Source: Rozella allomycis CSF55 (taxonomy: Eukaryota). From it: a DNA stretch of 44,866 bases. The notes under the pieces are model-generated. The model searched no databases. It worked only from the letters and a program-made list of their open reading frames with translations, and was not told the DNA's origin. The translations under genes were made by a program, and so were the position numbers. Where the stretch lies: the NCBI GenBank assembly GCA_000442015.1, contig KE560987.1, positions 1-44,866 of the forward strand, written 5' to 3'. Shown piece after piece: positions 44,319-44,866 of this stretch (the first letter of the stretch is position 1; each line of letters starts with the position of its first letter).

Positions 44319-44866
44319 TATCGCACGCAGTTTGTCATCAATGTCCTTTAGATTGGAACATTGTGGGTTGTTCTCAAATTGTTGATCGCCCTGTAGTGTT
44401 GTTGCGAAAGCTGTCCAATGCTCCTCCTGGCACTCGGGCAGCTTGAGTCGGAAGTTGTTGGACTTTTTTTCTCTGTGTTGTGTTGTGGGCGTTGGTAGAC
44501 TCAACGTTAAATGTACGGCCAGATGGTCGCTTTCGATAGTAGTTGTATCATACCCGGAGCATGGTATGTACTGTATGCTCGATGGATTGGTTAGCCAGAA
44601 GTCCAATCGTGCTTCTGAAATTGTGTTATTTGCATTTGATTGTCGATGGGAAAATGTAGTGCTCTCCCCATCATNCGATGGGAAAATGTAGTGCTCTGCC
44701 CATCATTCGCTAGGCGCCATGGATCTACCAATCCCTGCTCCAAGATTAGATGTTTGAGCATGGCCCCATCTGGCTGTATGGCTATACTGCTTTTCCTATC
44801 TAGTACAGGAAAAATTGTGCCACTCTAGTCCCCACCATAGAGTAGAATAGGTGGGTTACTGGAGTG
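44319..44866 (-). mobile_element. Non-LTR retrotransposon (L1/Tx1-like) APE endonuclease fragment, degenerate
   Basis: GGD*S (for GGDWN), LDR, LVDPWR, TFSHR..ARLDFWL..SDHLAV. In-frame TAG and N joins. Confidence 0.75.

Overview
This is gene-dense, AT-rich eukaryotic genomic DNA with ultra-short (about 26-31 nt) GT-AG introns. It encodes flagellar proteins (calaxin, SAXO) and a bacterial-type thymidine kinase that carries an intron. Together these point to an early-diverging zoosporic fungus-like organism such as Rozella/Cryptomycota (inference). Bases 1-35100 hold about 25 tightly packed genes: FCP1-like HAD protein, RRP4, calaxin, HROB, PXA2-like ABCD, RACK1, a hidden ATP15 missed by the ORF track, a 5'-truncated DPH2, threonine synthase, PA-RING E3, TK, HUB1, SAXO, a coiled-coil protein, COG8, ankyrin-Bud4/anillin, RPE1, an EGF-rhomboid-like protein, a 7TM protein, a type I membrane protein, CDC27, a C2H2 TF, a perilipin-like protein, UTP15, a PI-PLC-X fragment, dynein LIC and AKR1. 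Bases 35100-44866 are a fragmented, N-joined, repeat-rich tail with a copia RNase H plus 3' LTR, HINE/DINE-1-like elements, LINE fragments and orphan ORFs. The most notable observations are: (1) a Pol III-type tRNA-Ala-like gene with G3:U70 but no anticodon loop; (2) a TK whose conserved Tyr codon is TAG; (3) an EGF domain fused to a rhomboid pseudoprotease beside a 7TM gene; (4) a DPH2 lacking its N-terminal part; (5) a threonine synthase with altered active-site motifs. All family assignments are from recalled motifs, not database searches.
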